Positions 1 through 13,410 are shown, numbered from the stretch's first letter. The stretch is DNA of 64,000 nt from Azolla caroliniana (GCA_043228905.1 JBHGNT010000015.1:14074001-14138000); one strand, 5' to 3'. The notes: generated by a model from the letters alone, not told the origin. Numbers and translations: made by a program.

Positions 1-137
1 AGTTTGGGTTTTTTCCACGTAAACATCCTGTGTACTCTTCTCTTCTTCGTGTCGTGCATTATTTCCCGTTTTCTTTGTATGGTTCTTAGCTCGGTTGTGG
101 CCGAACGTTGCGTATAGGGAGCGTGCAGTTCCCGACA
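1..137 (+). mobile_element. 3' part of a Ty1/copia-family LTR (same family as the LTRs at 12853, 24095, 29171, 63220), inserted into a chromovirus chromodomain
   Basis: Shares GGTTTTCCACGTAAACATCCTGTG and CTCGGTTGTGGCCGA with the other LTR copies; ends in ...CCCGACA at 137; no PBS follows. Confidence 0.8.
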
Positions 138-2208
138 GAAATCAGCAAGCAGATCTTGAGCATTGGCAACATGCTCGACGGGTTCCCAAGTGCATTCGCT
201 CGGACTATAACCAAGCCAATCGACCAAATAATAAAGTTTGTTGCGAATAAGTTTGGAATCGAGGATGGCAGCAACTTCATACTCCGGGCCGGCGTCCAAC
301 TCCAGCGGGGGCGGCGGTGGTGTAAGACGATCGGGAATGGTGTTTACTTTATAAGGTTGAAGAAGAGAACAATGGAAAACCGGATGTATCTGAAGCTGCG
401 GAGGGAGATCAAGGCGGAATGTGACATCATTAACCTTACCCGTAATACGGAAAGGACCGAGTCGTCGATAATCCAACTTGTCGCACGGTCGAGTAGTCTT
501 GATGTGACGACGTAAGAGCCATACTCGATCTCCAATGGCAAAAGAGGAGGGAAGCCAATGACAATCCGCGTAAGTCTTCTGTGTCTGTTGAGCATGACGA
601 AAATGAGTCGAGAGATCTGTCTAGATCTTGCGTAGTCTCTCCAAATGATCCCCTGCACGAGGATTGGTATGTAGTTCCGGGGTGTCGATCACTGACCAAC
701 GAGGATGAGAACCGGTATAAGCGTAGAATGGGGAGACTCGAGTCAAGGAGTGAACATCATTATTATACTCAAACTCCGCAATGTGGAGAATCTCGGCCCA
801 ATCGTCCTGTTGATAACTCAGGAAACACCGGAGATATTGCTCCAGCGTTTGGTTTGTTCATTCCGCCTGCCCATCGGTTTGAGGATGGTAGCCGGAGGAG
901 AGGTTGCAAGAGACCTTGAGCATCTTGAAGAGATGCTGCCAAAATTTGGAGACAAATTGCGGTCCTCGGTCACTGATGATACTATCTGGGAGGCCATGAT
1001 GTCGAAATACCTCACGCATGACTAGGGCGACAGTTTCCTCGCTAGTGATGGCCTTAGTACACGGAACAAAATGTGCCATCTTCGTATATCGATCGACGAT
1101 GGTTAAGATAGCATCGAACCCCTGCGAGACTGGCAGATCTATGATAAAATCAAGACAAGTAAACTGCCACAGCTTACTTGGAATCGGTAAGGGTTCCAAC
1201 AAGCCATATGGATGGTGTCATGGCATCTTTGCTCGACAGCAAGCATCACAGGTCCGAACGTAGTCGTCGACAAAACGGCACATGTGGGGCCACCAAAAAG
1301 ATCGCTGCACTAGCTCCAACGTCTTAGTACTAACGAAATGTCCCGCCGTATGGGTGTCATGACAATGCTGGACGATTTGAAGGCGACAGGAGCAATCGGG
1401 GACATATATGCGCTTTTTAAAGAATAACAAACCATCATGATATTCGAATTGTCGGTAGTCAATACCTGGTTGTTGACACTGAGAACAGGATGCCCGAGAA
1501 GTATCAATGTGCGCTAGGATGTCTTGAGCAAAACTATCCGTCTTCAAGTTTGCACGTATGTCATCGGTAATCCGTGAATCCATCGGGGTGTGAAAAATCC
1601 GCGTCGTGTGCAATCGTGTTGGTCCCAAGATTACTTGCTTTTGATGATCAAATGTTGGATCACCAAGATGAGGTGCAAGATATGAACGTTGTGTTAGTGC
1701 ATCTGCTTTGCCTTGCTGCTTCCCCAGTCGATATGTGATTTTGAAGTCAAAATGCATGAGGAATTGCGCCCACTGAGCTTGCCGTCGATTTAGTACGCGA
1801 GCGTTCTGGAAATAAGCAAGATTTTTATGATCACTAAAGACAATGACCTGATGTGGAGAGCCCTCTAAGAAATGCCGTCATTGCACAAATGAATCCACGA
1901 TGGCTAATAACTCCTTGTCATGTATTTCGTAGTTGATTTCCGCGACATCGAATTTGCGCGAATGGAAAGCCACCGGATGCAACTCTTATTTATCTCCTTG
2001 TTGAGAAAGGATGCTACCGAGGGCGAAATCTGAAGCGTCGGCCTCCATGATGAATGGTTTGCTGGTATCCACATGAGCTAGAATTTGCGTGAATGGTAGC
2101 CACCGGATGCAACTCTTATTTATCTCCTTGTTGAGAAAGGATGCTACCGAGGGCGAAATCTGAAGCGTCAGCAAACCATGATGAATGGTTTGCTGGTAGC
2201 CACATGAG
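138..2208 (-). mobile_element. Degenerate Ty3/gypsy chromovirus pol fragment (RNase H, integrase, chromodomain), Tcn1/Tf2-like
   Basis: Minus-strand peptides: FIMEADASDFALGSILSQ (RNase H); CHDTHTAGH...CDAC (integrase Zn finger); LDFIIDLP...IVDRYTKMAHF...SDRGPQFVS...HPQTDGQAE (integrase core); manually translated EYEVAAILDSKLIRNKLYYLVDWLGYSPSECTWEPVEHV (chromodomain, about 165-283). Several stops. Confidence 0.92.
1950..2208. repeat. Tandem duplication of about 130 bp at the broken end of the chromovirus fragment
   Basis: GCCACCGGATGCAACTCTTATTTATCTCCTTGTTGAGAAAGG... occurs at about 1969 and 2099. Confidence 0.9.
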
Positions 2209-3231
2209 GACGATTCAAAATGCTCAAGTTGCAAAATGCATTGTGGGATATGCAATAGGGATTAACCTATATACAAGTACAATTGGCCCATGAATTCTTT
2301 TCTTTAAACATGCTCAATGTTGCACTAGAATTCCATCAAAAATCCAATATTTTAAAGGCTTGGGATCATCTAAATGAGAATATATCAACATCGTTCATTG
2401 AGGAGTTGTTTGTCGAAATGCTATGAAGGAACTATCTAAATTGCTTTTCCAAGAATGCATCTCATGATGTGGAATGTGTGTGGACTCAAAGGTGAACATT
2501 ATCTATCACCAAGGAATTTGTAAGTTTTAGCAAGAGCTAGACTTTATATTGGGTCCTTCCAAAGCTCACTTTGTGCTAATCCTAGAGAACCATTTGGATG
2601 GGCACAAACTCAACGAAGTTCGTGAATTGTTCAAGAGGGATTGGATTCGTTTCTATTTTGAAGAATGTGATATACAATGCTCTACTACAACTGGCTTCTT
2701 CATGCATTTTAAGGACATAAGAAACATTCAAATACGTGACGATTTCTCGTAAGAAATTTAGAACCATACCAATACAAAACCATATTCTATCCAACAACAA
2801 CAAACCTGGCTGCGAAAAAGAAAAACACCTGATAGATTTCCCTTGCCTAAAATAAAATATCCACACACATAATTTATTTGACATTTATTGTGGCACGGCC
2901 TATTGTTAGCATTTATCCTAGAATTCTACATTTAGTACCAAGAAATCCTCATGTGAGAGAGCAAAGGAAATGAGAGTCTCTTGTTACAGTGCAAACAACC
3001 TTTCATAAGATCAATGGCATTTGCATGTTGTCCTTATGGAATATACTGCATATCACATCGCCCAACCAATAATCATAATGTATAGATTAACATACAATAA
3101 TTTTCCCCCAAGGAGATTTCCTTCCCATGACCGCTTGGTCTTATTGGGCAACCTTAGCAATTGAGCTACATTCCATCTATGAATTATTATATTGTATAAG
3201 TTTCAACTTAATACATTGTAAGTTAATCACT

Positions 3232-3345
3232 AGAACTTTCAAGAAACTTCTAGAGAATGCACCTTCATGTACTCTCTAGAAGTTTCCATGCATTCTCTAG
3301 ATGTTTCCTAGCATACATGCATACCACCATATTCTTGTATAAATA
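3232..3345 (+). promoter_or_regulatory. Heat-shock-element-like nGAAn array followed by a TATA box, in an LTR-like segment
   Basis: aGAAc tTTCa aGAAa cTTCt aGAga at 3232-3256, a second imperfect array at 3273-3287, TATAAATA at 3338-3345. Confidence 0.5.
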
Positions 3346-3904
3346 CTTCAATGCACCTTGATTACAATGAAGGTGAACAACACCAGTTACAGAAGCATAA
3401 TCTAGTTCTTGCTCTTTGTCTACCTTCTCCCTCTATCTCTCTTGTTCTCTTGTCTATACTCTCTCCCTATCTATATATCTATCTTTCGCTCTCTCTTAAT
3501 ATTTAGCTCGCCTACTTGTCCTTATCCTCGTCTACCGGTCCATGACACCCCACACCAGAGTCGATTGCGACAGTGTGGATGTCATGAACTGCCCCATCCC
3601 AGCCAGGAACAAACAAACCTGACCTTGGTAGATGTCTAGTCCTCAATCAAGAGAGCCTCCCTATCCTGGAACCTCTCCTCTATGGGCACACAACCGCATT
3701 ATGGGCAGCGTCCCCCCCAAGGGTGTGCACACTCACTTATATAGGACTCTGGCAAGTTGACATTGGCCATTAATGAGCCGACTACAACAACCAATTATAT
3801 GTGTGGCGCCAAATACACACACGAGGTCTAGATCAAGTATCCAATGAGTTTGATATTATAGAACAATGTCCCATTAATTACACTTAAGGATTGTGAACAT
3901 TACA

Positions 3905-4750
3905 TACTCCCCCCTCTCCAAATAATTGCACTCTTGCAATTTAAAACAAGGGAAAAGGTAATATATTAACGTAATGTTCTACCAAGTGTCAACCTCCTTA
4001 ATGAAATCTTTCCACTTAACCTTATACTTATGAATCATCTTGAACCATAAGGTTGAAGTCCTATGGTCAAGGATAGTTAGGTTCAAGCAGAGTAAATGTA
4101 ACATCCTATAATGCAGTCACTCTAAACAGAGAAACAACATTATCATCATACGCAAGATCCATTGAGACCACTCACGTGAAAAACTGGATCCAACGTAACA
4201 TTAAGAAGCTTATCTAAACGGAATGTACTGAGACCCAAATTCCTGATAAGGATCACAATACCTTGGCGCTAAATTGGCACACAAATCTATTGGTGTTCGT
4301 GGCAAAGGTCGATACCTCAACATTAAATGTCGTTGATATATCTCTAGCACTATGGTTGATTGCAACACATATGTGCTCAACATATCCTCTTCTGGATCAA
4401 TCCCTTTGTCGGCCCATTTGACTAAGGATAATGCAACAACGAAATCCATCAATATACGCTTCCACATCGGAGTTGGAATAGTGAGAGGATGCAATAGATC
4501 AACTTTTTGAAGTCACTCTATCTTAACGACTTGACAGAGTGGAATGTGTATAACATAGTATTCTACCCTAGCCATTATTCTTTGGTGGTAAAAAGAACAT
4601 TCTGGCATAGCTAGTGAAGTACGCATTCTCTGATATCTTGCAAAGGAGTCATAAAGAGTCATGTTCTTTATGTCTTTGTTATCTGGAATGCCAACCTTAC
4701 TATTATAGTGTGGCAAATTATTTGCTAAATAGTAAAGGTTCCTTGGAGGT
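3905..4750 (-). mobile_element. Highly degraded Ty3/gypsy integrase remnant with polypurine tract
   Basis: LHPLTIPTPMWKRILMDFVVAL (ORF 4210-4494); minus-strand GGAGAGGGGGGAGTA directly followed by TG at 3904 (PPT/LTR junction). Confidence 0.65.
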
Positions 4751-6666
4751 GAGGTTCCAAAAGTGACGTCAGTAATAATACTTGATTAAGCTCTCTTCTA
4801 GAACGACAAGAAAGTTCTTTCATCAATGTATTGGTAATAGGTATTAACCCCAGAAAATGTTTTCAGATCATTGGACAATTCTGAGAAGCTTAGGGCATTG
4901 CACTTTCCAGATTTCAACTCAACTCATCTGCTACTGATATCGAAACCTCTTTAGAAATGTATCATCAACTCCGCCCAAGTCCTTTTCCATCGCTCAAAAC
5001 TTGTTTAAGTTAGGAAGTGTGAGAGACAGTAATGATCTGTAGAACTGTATGAGATGCTACTATATTAATAACAATGCAACTTATCAAGTGCATATATAAT
5101 AGTAAGCAGTCCCATCTCTTGAACCCAGCAATAGTATAGTAATGGATAGGATCCAATAGTCATGTTATTGGCCTTCTATACTCACGCAAAGCAACCTCCA
5201 AGAGCAACAATCAATCCCAACAACATGCACTTGAGAAGGATATTAAATAGTTGATGGTAGTGCTTCTAAATTAGTTTCATCAACTTGTTGAAGGAAAAAT
5301 CACAAGACAAAACATCCGCTGAAATAGCATAGTGGGTAATCTTGTTATTCCGATAACAGAACTAGAAATAGGTGCAACTTACAGTTGAGATACTGGTATT
5401 TACCCTCATATGAGAGACAATCTAGTGCGAGGAGGCAACCATGGTGTGGGAAATATCAAAATTAAGGCCTGCAGCATTGGAGGCAAATTGATAGGAGAAA
5501 TAATGTTGCCAAGATAACCAGTGAGCAAGGATGTATAAATAGCTTGTTGGAAAAAAAGACAAACCCAGATGCATAAGTGAACTCATAACTGAGATATTAA
5601 GTGTCTTGGCATGGTTCTAGAAGAAAAATCTAAACGAAAAACCACATCAAGGTTGACGTTTTGGACTTTCTACAACATCTTCCACTTCGTGGTGGCCACA
5701 TACCAAACGCCCCTTGTTACCTCCAATATCGAGTGCACAATAGGCTACAAGCTTAGGTGGCTCCCAAAACAGCAAAGGTACAACCTCCATACTGTAAAGA
5801 AGCAAAAAAAAAAACTTTGGATTAAAAAAGCCAACGTTTAAAAAGGAAAAAAAGAAAAAAGAGAGATATTTAGCTTTAAAAATAAAAAAACGATGATTTT
5901 ATTTATAAATACGCTTTGTTTTTTTTCTCATCTTCTATAAATCAGAAACCCTATTAGTATCTTTTTCGAAATTAATATGTATATATTATTTTTATTTTCG
6001 AAAAAAACTACAAATATATAGGATTTTAGTAAAAAATCCAAAAAAAATTCAAAAACATTTCCATAGGCCTAGGAGAGTGTGGGAATGTAAATATGCAAAA
6101 AAATTGTCTTTTAATGTCTATTTTTTTCAAAATAAATTTATGTACCATTATTATTACAATATGCGTAAATTATCAGTTTTTTGTATAAATTCTGATTTTT
6201 TTACGTGATTATTTATCTTATACCAGTGTATAAATTCTGATTTTTTTTCATTGATATTAATTGATAATCATGTTAACATAATTTATTTCTCCCCAATTGA
6301 TGCATTTATATAGAGCATTTTTTTAAAAAGGCTACAATATTTATTTTTGCACAATAAAATGTGATTTTGTAGTCCTTTTGATATGCATCAAATCATAATT
6401 TATTCAATATTTTACTGATATGTTTCTCATTACGTTCTATATTATTTGTCATTTCATTAAAAATACAAATGATTACTAGGACTAAGGTAATGAATGACAT
6501 GCAAACTGATGAGCTTAGCAATTATTTGCTATCATGAAAGCTCTATAATTTTCCATAAACATGGGAACATTACAAGATGATAATGCTTCTGTGACCTCTT
6601 TGCTTATTATCTTTAGTAATGTTTTTTCTACTAAGATTTTCTGTTGAGTAATGGTCATAGTAAGGG

Positions 6667-6820
6667 ACAAGTAGAATTTCGCGTGTCCAAAGTCCTTTGA
6701 GAGATTATGGATCATGCATGAATCTTGTCTCGGAGAAAGCTATACAAGTAGAATTTTGCGTGTCCAAAGTTCTGTGAGAGATTCTGGATCATGCATGAAT
6801 CTTGTCTCAGAGAAAACTAC
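6667..6820. repeat. 2 x 77-bp tandem repeat
   Basis: ACAAGTAGAATTTYGCGTGTCCAAAGT...GGATCATGCATGAATCTTGTCTC starts at 6667 and 6744. Confidence 0.9.
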
Positions 6821-7267
6821 AGCTCGTTACCTACCAAAAAGAGTCAAGTGGGGAAGAAGGCAAACGTAGAAACCAACCTTCTCCAACAGATCATGACGAT
6901 TCAACCACCTTTAAGCAGGCTTTTGGCTTAGATAGCTTTCGATTGTGAGACTTTGTTGTATTGCTGGAATCCGCCGCACGACTTGTGGATGAAGGCATCC
7001 CACTCACCCTCGAAACCACCACATTGGCCGAAGGCACACATGCACTCACACAACCACCTGAAAGCGAGGTACCACAGGTTTGTTAGCTAGCAATGGGGGG
7101 GACTCAAATTTTCACCCTTAGTGTTCGAGCTTTCCTCTACTACCACTACACTGACACCTTAGTGGTAATAATCCTTGCAATATTCATAAACATACTATTA
7201 GAAAGTTGAGACCCATACTCATAACATATTCCATAGTGAAAATAAATTAAAAAAGCTTCCAATATTT

Positions 7268-7490
7268 ATAGTTTCATGATGTGTTTTAAATATGAGTTCA
7301 TGAGTAAGTGCAGTAGTGAACAATGCTTATAGTGTAGTTTTGCTTCTTCAATGGAGAAAAATGCAAAGTAGCCTGTAGATTTTGAACCTTTTTCTTTTAA
7401 TTCATTTAATTTCATTCCATTTCCTACATTGATCGATACAGCAGCGAACGCTTGCCTACGCGAACATTGATATTCAGTAGCAGCCCCGCC
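7268..7490 (-). repeat. Dispersed repeat; inverted copy of about 53290-53535 (partial copy at 51461-51557)
   Basis: Reverse complement aligns with 53290-53535; the ORF track shows the shared pseudo-peptide CSRR...AA(V/I)SINVGN.MKLNELK in both. Confidence 0.85.
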
Positions 7491-7933
7491 AACGAAGCCA
7501 TTGGCGTCCCCAACCCATTCTCTAACCCTTGCCTTCAAGTACCGCCCTTCCATTCTCCAATCTCTTCTCCTTTTGTTGTGAGGGTAAGAGTTGACCTTGT
7601 TTCTGGCCAGAGATATTCGTCAAGGGTAAGAAATGACGTTCTTCTTATGCTTTCTGTCATAGACATTTGTAATTTATTATTGACTCCTGCTTACACACAG
7701 CTTATTGCGAAGTGCTACTGCAATAAGTTTCATCCGTACGAGACTTTTGCAGTCTGTTGTCGACACTTCTGGAGGGTAAGAATTGCCCTTCTTCTTATGC
7801 TTTCTCTCTAAAATATTCGTCATTTATTACCGAATTGAGCTTGATGCCAAATGCTACTGTAATCCGTATCACTTGTTTGAGATGATGACATTTTTTTGGA
7901 CTGTTTGGGACAAGTGTTGGGCAAAGTCCCAGG

Positions 7934-8425
7934 AACAATGTTAGTGTTCCGATTGAATTGGGACTTTTGCCGGCCAAGGTGGGAGAGAGCCGGAATTGAT
8001 TCCGGCTAGAATTTCCCAAAATCTGAAATCTAGCCAGTTCATATTTTTAGAGCCAGCTATTTATGTACTTTCACATAAAAAAATGTAGAAAAAAATGTAG
8101 AAAAAATGTACATAGTAGTTATGTTGAATTCCGTGTCCCTCCTCTTTCTCCCTTTTCATCCCCTTTCCCCCTCTTTTTTCCCCCCTTTTTTCCCCTCTTT
8201 TTCCCTCCCTTTCCCCCCCCTCTTACCCCCTTTTTTTCTACAGAGCTTGATACTCCACTTGCTCTCACACCATGGCTACTAGGACCCAGGTACTCCCTCT
8301 CTCTCCCTCTCTCTCTCTCTAATTCTTTTGTTCTTTCTTCTTGCGTGTATGTACTACTTCGGCCCACACTTGAATAGACTGCCCATGCTTCGTTTGTATT
8401 ATTGTATACACCTCTTTATAAGGCA
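7934..8425 (+). repeat. About 490-bp repeat, copy 1 (palindromic head plus polypyrimidine tract)
   Basis: TTGAATTGGGACTTTTGCCGGCCAAGGTG...CACCTCTTT is repeated at 11137-11642. Confidence 0.9.
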
Positions 8426-9283
8426 TGCTTTCTTTCTTCTTGCTCTTTCTAAGGAATGCCTTCCTTCTTTTTGTTGCACTATCGCGCACGCTCTGTCTGT
8501 TTCTATTCTAACGTAAAACTTTCTCTTTTCCCTCTCTTGCTCAATTCTTTCTATGTCTCTTTCTCCATTGTCTATCAAATGTTGTTTGATTATTTGCTCT
8601 CTTTCTCTCGGGTCAATCACCACCTCAACTGTGATAGGTTATTGCAAAACTTGTGATTTATGTTTGTTTTTTTCCTTTGTGAGCAGGTTAAGATTTTGCA
8701 GTCCACTGGAAGAGGCCACACAATTAATCTTATGAATAATGGAGCTACTATTTGGAAATCTCTCCACATTAACAATCTAGTTGCAAAATTGCTAGTTAGT
8801 TGAGTTAGTTGCTTGTTCCTTAACATAATTATCTTTGTATTTTGTTTTGGATAGCATTGTTTGGGAAAGATTTCTCGAAGTCTTCTCTTTTTATGCATAA
8901 AATATAATAGGAAACCATGGGAAAACACTGCAATCTCACTGGAGTTGAGTAGAAAAATACTGCACAAAACAATAAGCTAACAAAACAACTGCACATTTTC
9001 TTTTAGAAATGTTTTATTTCCATTCAACAAACACTCTAAGTAATACAAACCTCATGTTAGAACTAAATATTTCACTTTATGTAGTGGAATTTGTGAGATA
9101 ATACCTTATAAATGCAATTTATAAATATTTCTAGTAGGGAATGATGTGTCAATCTTATAAATACATTGTTATTTTTGTGAATGATGTGTCAATCTTATTT
9201 TGGAGCTCTCATTTTAGGGAGCAAACATGAAATGTTTAAGCTTCTTGTCATCTAGCATTCTTGTCTATACAATTATATTGTAG

Positions 9284-10903
9284 TTCAAGATGATGAGGTT
9301 GGAGATGGGACAATGCCAATGGTCGTTCTAGAAGGGGAACTTTTACAAGACGCAGAAAAATTTAAAGTGAAATACATGCACCCCACGATCATCATTGAAG
9401 GTAATGTTTGCATTGATGTCAAAACTTTTACATTTCAATCTCTTTATCTACTTTCTTTTGTCAACCTAATTTGATTATCATGCTAGATTTGATTATTCGA
9501 TTGATTTGTCAAATTGTTTCTTGTATATGAAAGCAAGAACTATGCTTGCAATATAACAAATGTATATGACAGATGATGAAATAATGAGAGATTATAAATC
9601 TTCATACTTGATTATGTTAATGTTGTAAAGTTTGTATATGCAATAATGTTCAACATTGGTCAGTTTTTTTATTAAAAGTTTAGGATGTTGTTTGAATGTC
9701 AAGCATTGTTGTGTTCACATTAAAAGGAAAATAGTTAGTACCATCTTGATAACAAATATTGTAGGTCTCTACCTCCAACTCCAAGGAGGCTTATGTTCAG
9801 ATTTCGCCTCTACCTCCAACCCCAAGAATTTTAATGGAGTATAATGTTTTGATCTTCTCACTTCGAAACCTTATGATCCTTCAGACAGAGCAAAAATCTC
9901 TCTTATTTTTTTACGCAAAGGAGATAGTCTGAAATCTACACGAATCTTGCACTCTCTATTGCCGATGCTATATTATGAGATGGTGCTCCATATCCTCTGA
10001 ATATTTATGTATATGCACTTCGAACATCATTAGATTGGTACATTAGTAAGGTAAAATCCACAACCCTTGTTTTCTGTACACATTTTGTTTTCTATGTGCA
10101 AGCAACTACTTCTATGTTTTTTTGGTTATTGCTTGATGTAAATATACATTTTTCTTAAAATTTTGGAAAAACTGTATATTGATTTGGTTGATTTTTGTGT
10201 TTTATAGGCGAAATCCTTGAATGAAGCTGCAAATAAGTTCTTAGAGGATGCAAAATCTAAAGGCTCCTCTAGCAGTTTGCCAATGGAAGAACAAGAACAA
10301 AGCATTAGGGTCTGTGTAGATCTCTTTGACGTATGTTGTGTCATCCCTTGATGTCGTATTTGCTGCGAAGGATATAATTCTACCTCAAATGTTCTTCACA
10401 AGTATTGACGATCCAAATATTGAAAAACTTCAAGGATATTTGTAGACTTACCTGGAGTGGTTGTCTGAAAATGTCAAGTTATTAAAATCAGTAAGTTAAA
10501 TAATTCAAATTAAGGCTCTTTTCAGGTTGACTATTTTGCTTGTATGTAGCTTTGTTATCTGATCTCCTTTTAGGTTTCGCAAGGGTTGGAGGTTTATGGT
10601 CGTCATGTTTCTATTAAGAAGGTATCAAACCTCTCGTGTTCATGACCTTTTGGATTATGTGTTGACCTTTTATTATACCGATCATTCCTTCAGGAGGAGA
10701 AAGGTGGCAAAATCAATGAGTTGCAGCTTGCCCTTACCTGCTTCGGTTTCTTATTGATGATCTTTTTTCGTTATCCGACCCTCTATATTGATATTAAAGA
10801 TGGTCAATTGTCATTGACATCTGTTGGGATAGTTTTTCTTTTATTAGTTTTCTTGCTGGGTGTTGCTTACAAAGTCTTGAAATTGATGGGATTGATCTGT
10901 TGA
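9284..10903 (+). pseudogene. Unknown multi-exon gene, copy 1, ending in two hydrophobic segments
   Basis: GT-AG introns 10051-10207 and 10491-10573; exons read ...ALRTSLDWYISK | AKSLNEAANKFLEDAKSKG...EWLSENVKLLKS | ...LQLALTCFGFLLMIFF...VGIVFLLLVFLLGVAYKVLKLMGLIC*. Possible upstream AG-GT exon at 9284-9400. Stops and frameshifts present. Confidence 0.6.
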
Positions 10904-11136
10904 CGAATCGTCATAATGCAATGTTGTGAAAGAAAAAAAAATTCTGACGGTTTTGTGTAGTGACCTTTTTTCTATTTTTCTGGTTCACACGTTAAATGGC
11001 TCCTTTGTTTTGGTTTCTTAACATGTTTATGTTTTAATGTGTGGCTGTGAACGTGGCATTTGCAGATTTTAGACGTCCAATTGATCTCGATGTACGTGCT
11101 AGTTTTTGATGTTTTGCTGGATATGTGGATTTCACC

Positions 11137-11642
11137 AATGTTCATGTTCTGGTTGAATTGGGACTTTTGCCGGCCAAGGTGTGAGAGAGCCGGAATTGGT
11201 TCCAGCTAGAATTTCCCAAAATCCGGAATCTAGCCGGTTCATATTTTTAGAGCTGGCTATTTATGTATTTTCATATAAAGAAATGTAGAAAAGAAAAATG
11301 TTTTACATGTACATAGTAGTTATGTTGAATTTCGTGTCCCTCCTCTTTCTCCCTTTTCATCCCCTTTTCCCCTCCCTTTTTTGCCTCTTTTTTCCCCTTC
11401 TTTTCCCCTCTTTTTCCCTCCCTTTTCCCCCCTCTTGCCCTTTTTTTTTTCTGCAGAGCTTGATTCTCCACTTGTTGTCACACCATGGCTACCAGGACCT
11501 AGGTACTCCCTCTCTCTCTCTCCCTCTCTCTCTCTCTAATTCTTTTGTTCGTTCTCCTTGCGTGTATGTACTACTTCGGCCCACACCTAAATAGTCTGCC
11601 CATGCTTCGTTTGTATTATTGTATACACCTCTTTCTAAGGCA
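11137..11642 (+). repeat. About 500-bp repeat, copy 2
   Basis: Direct repeat of 7934-8425. Confidence 0.9.
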
Positions 11643-12046
11643 CACTTTACCTCATGAAGGGCCATCATCTCTTCGTCATGTTGTCTATTGTTTTGTTTGG
11701 CCACGAATCTCTGTTTTGGAGGTATTAGCTGATGACCGACATGAACAACCATGGTCTATTAGTCGCATTTATCGTTTCTTCTAGCCATGAATCTCTCTGC
11801 CACCATTCCATGAGATTCCTACAGTAGCTATGGAGGTTTATGTTGATGATGGCGTTGAAATTGCATCATCTGGAGTTTCATCATCACGTGTTGGGGACTC
11901 TGTGCATCCTCCTTCACCTGCAGGTTGGGAAGATGCCCCATTTCATGTGTATTTATAGGGAGGGTGCATATGCCCCATTCGATCTGCCATTTGCAGATTT
12001 AATGAAGGAGGAGGGTTTTACTTGCCTTTTAAATGTTTCATTTAGA

Positions 12047-12852
12047 AGGCTTTTGTTCAGCATTTCGCCTCTACCTCCAACCCCAAGAATTTCAATGGAG
12101 TATAATGTTTTGATCTTCTCACTTGGAAACCTTATGATCCTTCAGATAGAGAAAAAATCTCTCTTATTTTTTGAGACACAGGAGATAGTTTGAAATCTAC
12201 ACGAATCTTGCACACTCTATGGCCGATGATATATTACGAGGTGGTGCTCCATATCCTCTAAATATTTATGTGTATGCACTTCGAACATCATTAGATTGGT
12301 ACATTAGCAAGGTAAAATCCAAAGCCCTTGTTTTCTGTATATATTTTATTTTCTATTTGCAAGTAACTACTTGTGTGTTTTTTTGGTTATTGCTTGATGT
12401 AAATATACGTTTTTCTTAAAATTTTGGAAAAACTGTATATTGATTTGGTTGATTTTTGTGTTTTATAGGTGAAATCCTTGAATGAAGCTGCAAATAAGTT
12501 CTTAAAGGATGCAAAATCTAAAGGCTCCTCTAGCAGTTTGCCAATGCAAGAACAACAACATAGCATTAGGGCCTATGTAGACCTTTTGACGTATGTTATG
12601 TTAGCTCTTGATGCTGTATTTGCTGCGAAGGATACAATTCTACCTCAAATGTTGTTCACAAGTATTGAAGATCCAAATATTGAAAAGCCTCAAGGATATG
12701 TGCAGACTTACTTGGAGTGGTTGTCTGAAAATGTCAAGTTATTAAAATCAGTAAGTTAAATAATTCAAATTAATGCTCTTTTCAGGTTGACTATTTTGCT
12801 TGTATGTAGCTTTGTAATCTGATCTCCTTTTAGGTTTGACAAGGGTTGGAGG
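12047..12852 (+). pseudogene. Unknown multi-exon gene, copy 2, 5' part (last exon interrupted by the copia element)
   Basis: Homologous to 9790-10590; introns 12312-12468 and 12751-12833; exon 12469-12750 is an open 94-codon phase-0 exon. Confidence 0.6.
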
Positions 12853-13381
12853 TGTTGGGAAATTGGTCCCTCCGGATGGGATCCGATGATGAGTAAAGAG
12901 GACCCGGTGAGAACCGGAAGAGATCCGGAAACAGGATTGGTGGACTTGGTCAGAACCGAAAGAGAAGACAAATTTGTAAATATGTCTTCAGTAAGCCTAT
13001 TGATGCTATATTTGTAAATAGCCCTAAGTTCTTATAACTATAAATATGACTTAGGGCAATTGCTTTAGTGGTAGATTGGATGTGTTGCTTTTTTGTTGTA
13101 ACTGTTATATCGAAAGAGAGAGAGAGAGATAGAGGCAGAGATAGAGCGAGTCTCTATTGTAACCGCCGTCAGGCTAAGACATTGTAATAGTTTGGAGCTT
13201 GTGGTCTCCCGTGGCTTTTCCCGTTTAGGGTTTTCGACGTAAACATCCTGTGCACTCTCTCTTGTCACTTGTTGTCTGCATGCACGTGTATTTCTCCTCC
13301 ATTCCCATTCTTGGTGTCTGACTCAAAACAAAACGATCCAAGACTCGGTTGTGGCCGAGCCATATTCTGCGTTGTGCAACA
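12853..13381 (+). repeat. 5' LTR of the copia element
   Basis: TGTTGGG...TGCAACA termini; homologous to 24095-24629. Confidence 0.93.
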
Positions 13382-13410
13382 AACTAGTATCAGAGCATAC
13401 AACACAGGAA

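Noticed and set aside
2210-3190. Possible decayed coding sequence (ORF 2549-2752)
   Set aside because: No motif I can assign; left unannotated.
5800-6480. AT-rich MITE-like segment
   Set aside because: Could not define TIRs or a TSD.
8063-8735. Short F/P/L-rich and G/K/R-rich ORFs (also 11271-11784)
   Set aside because: Translation artefacts of polypyrimidine and (CT)n tracts.
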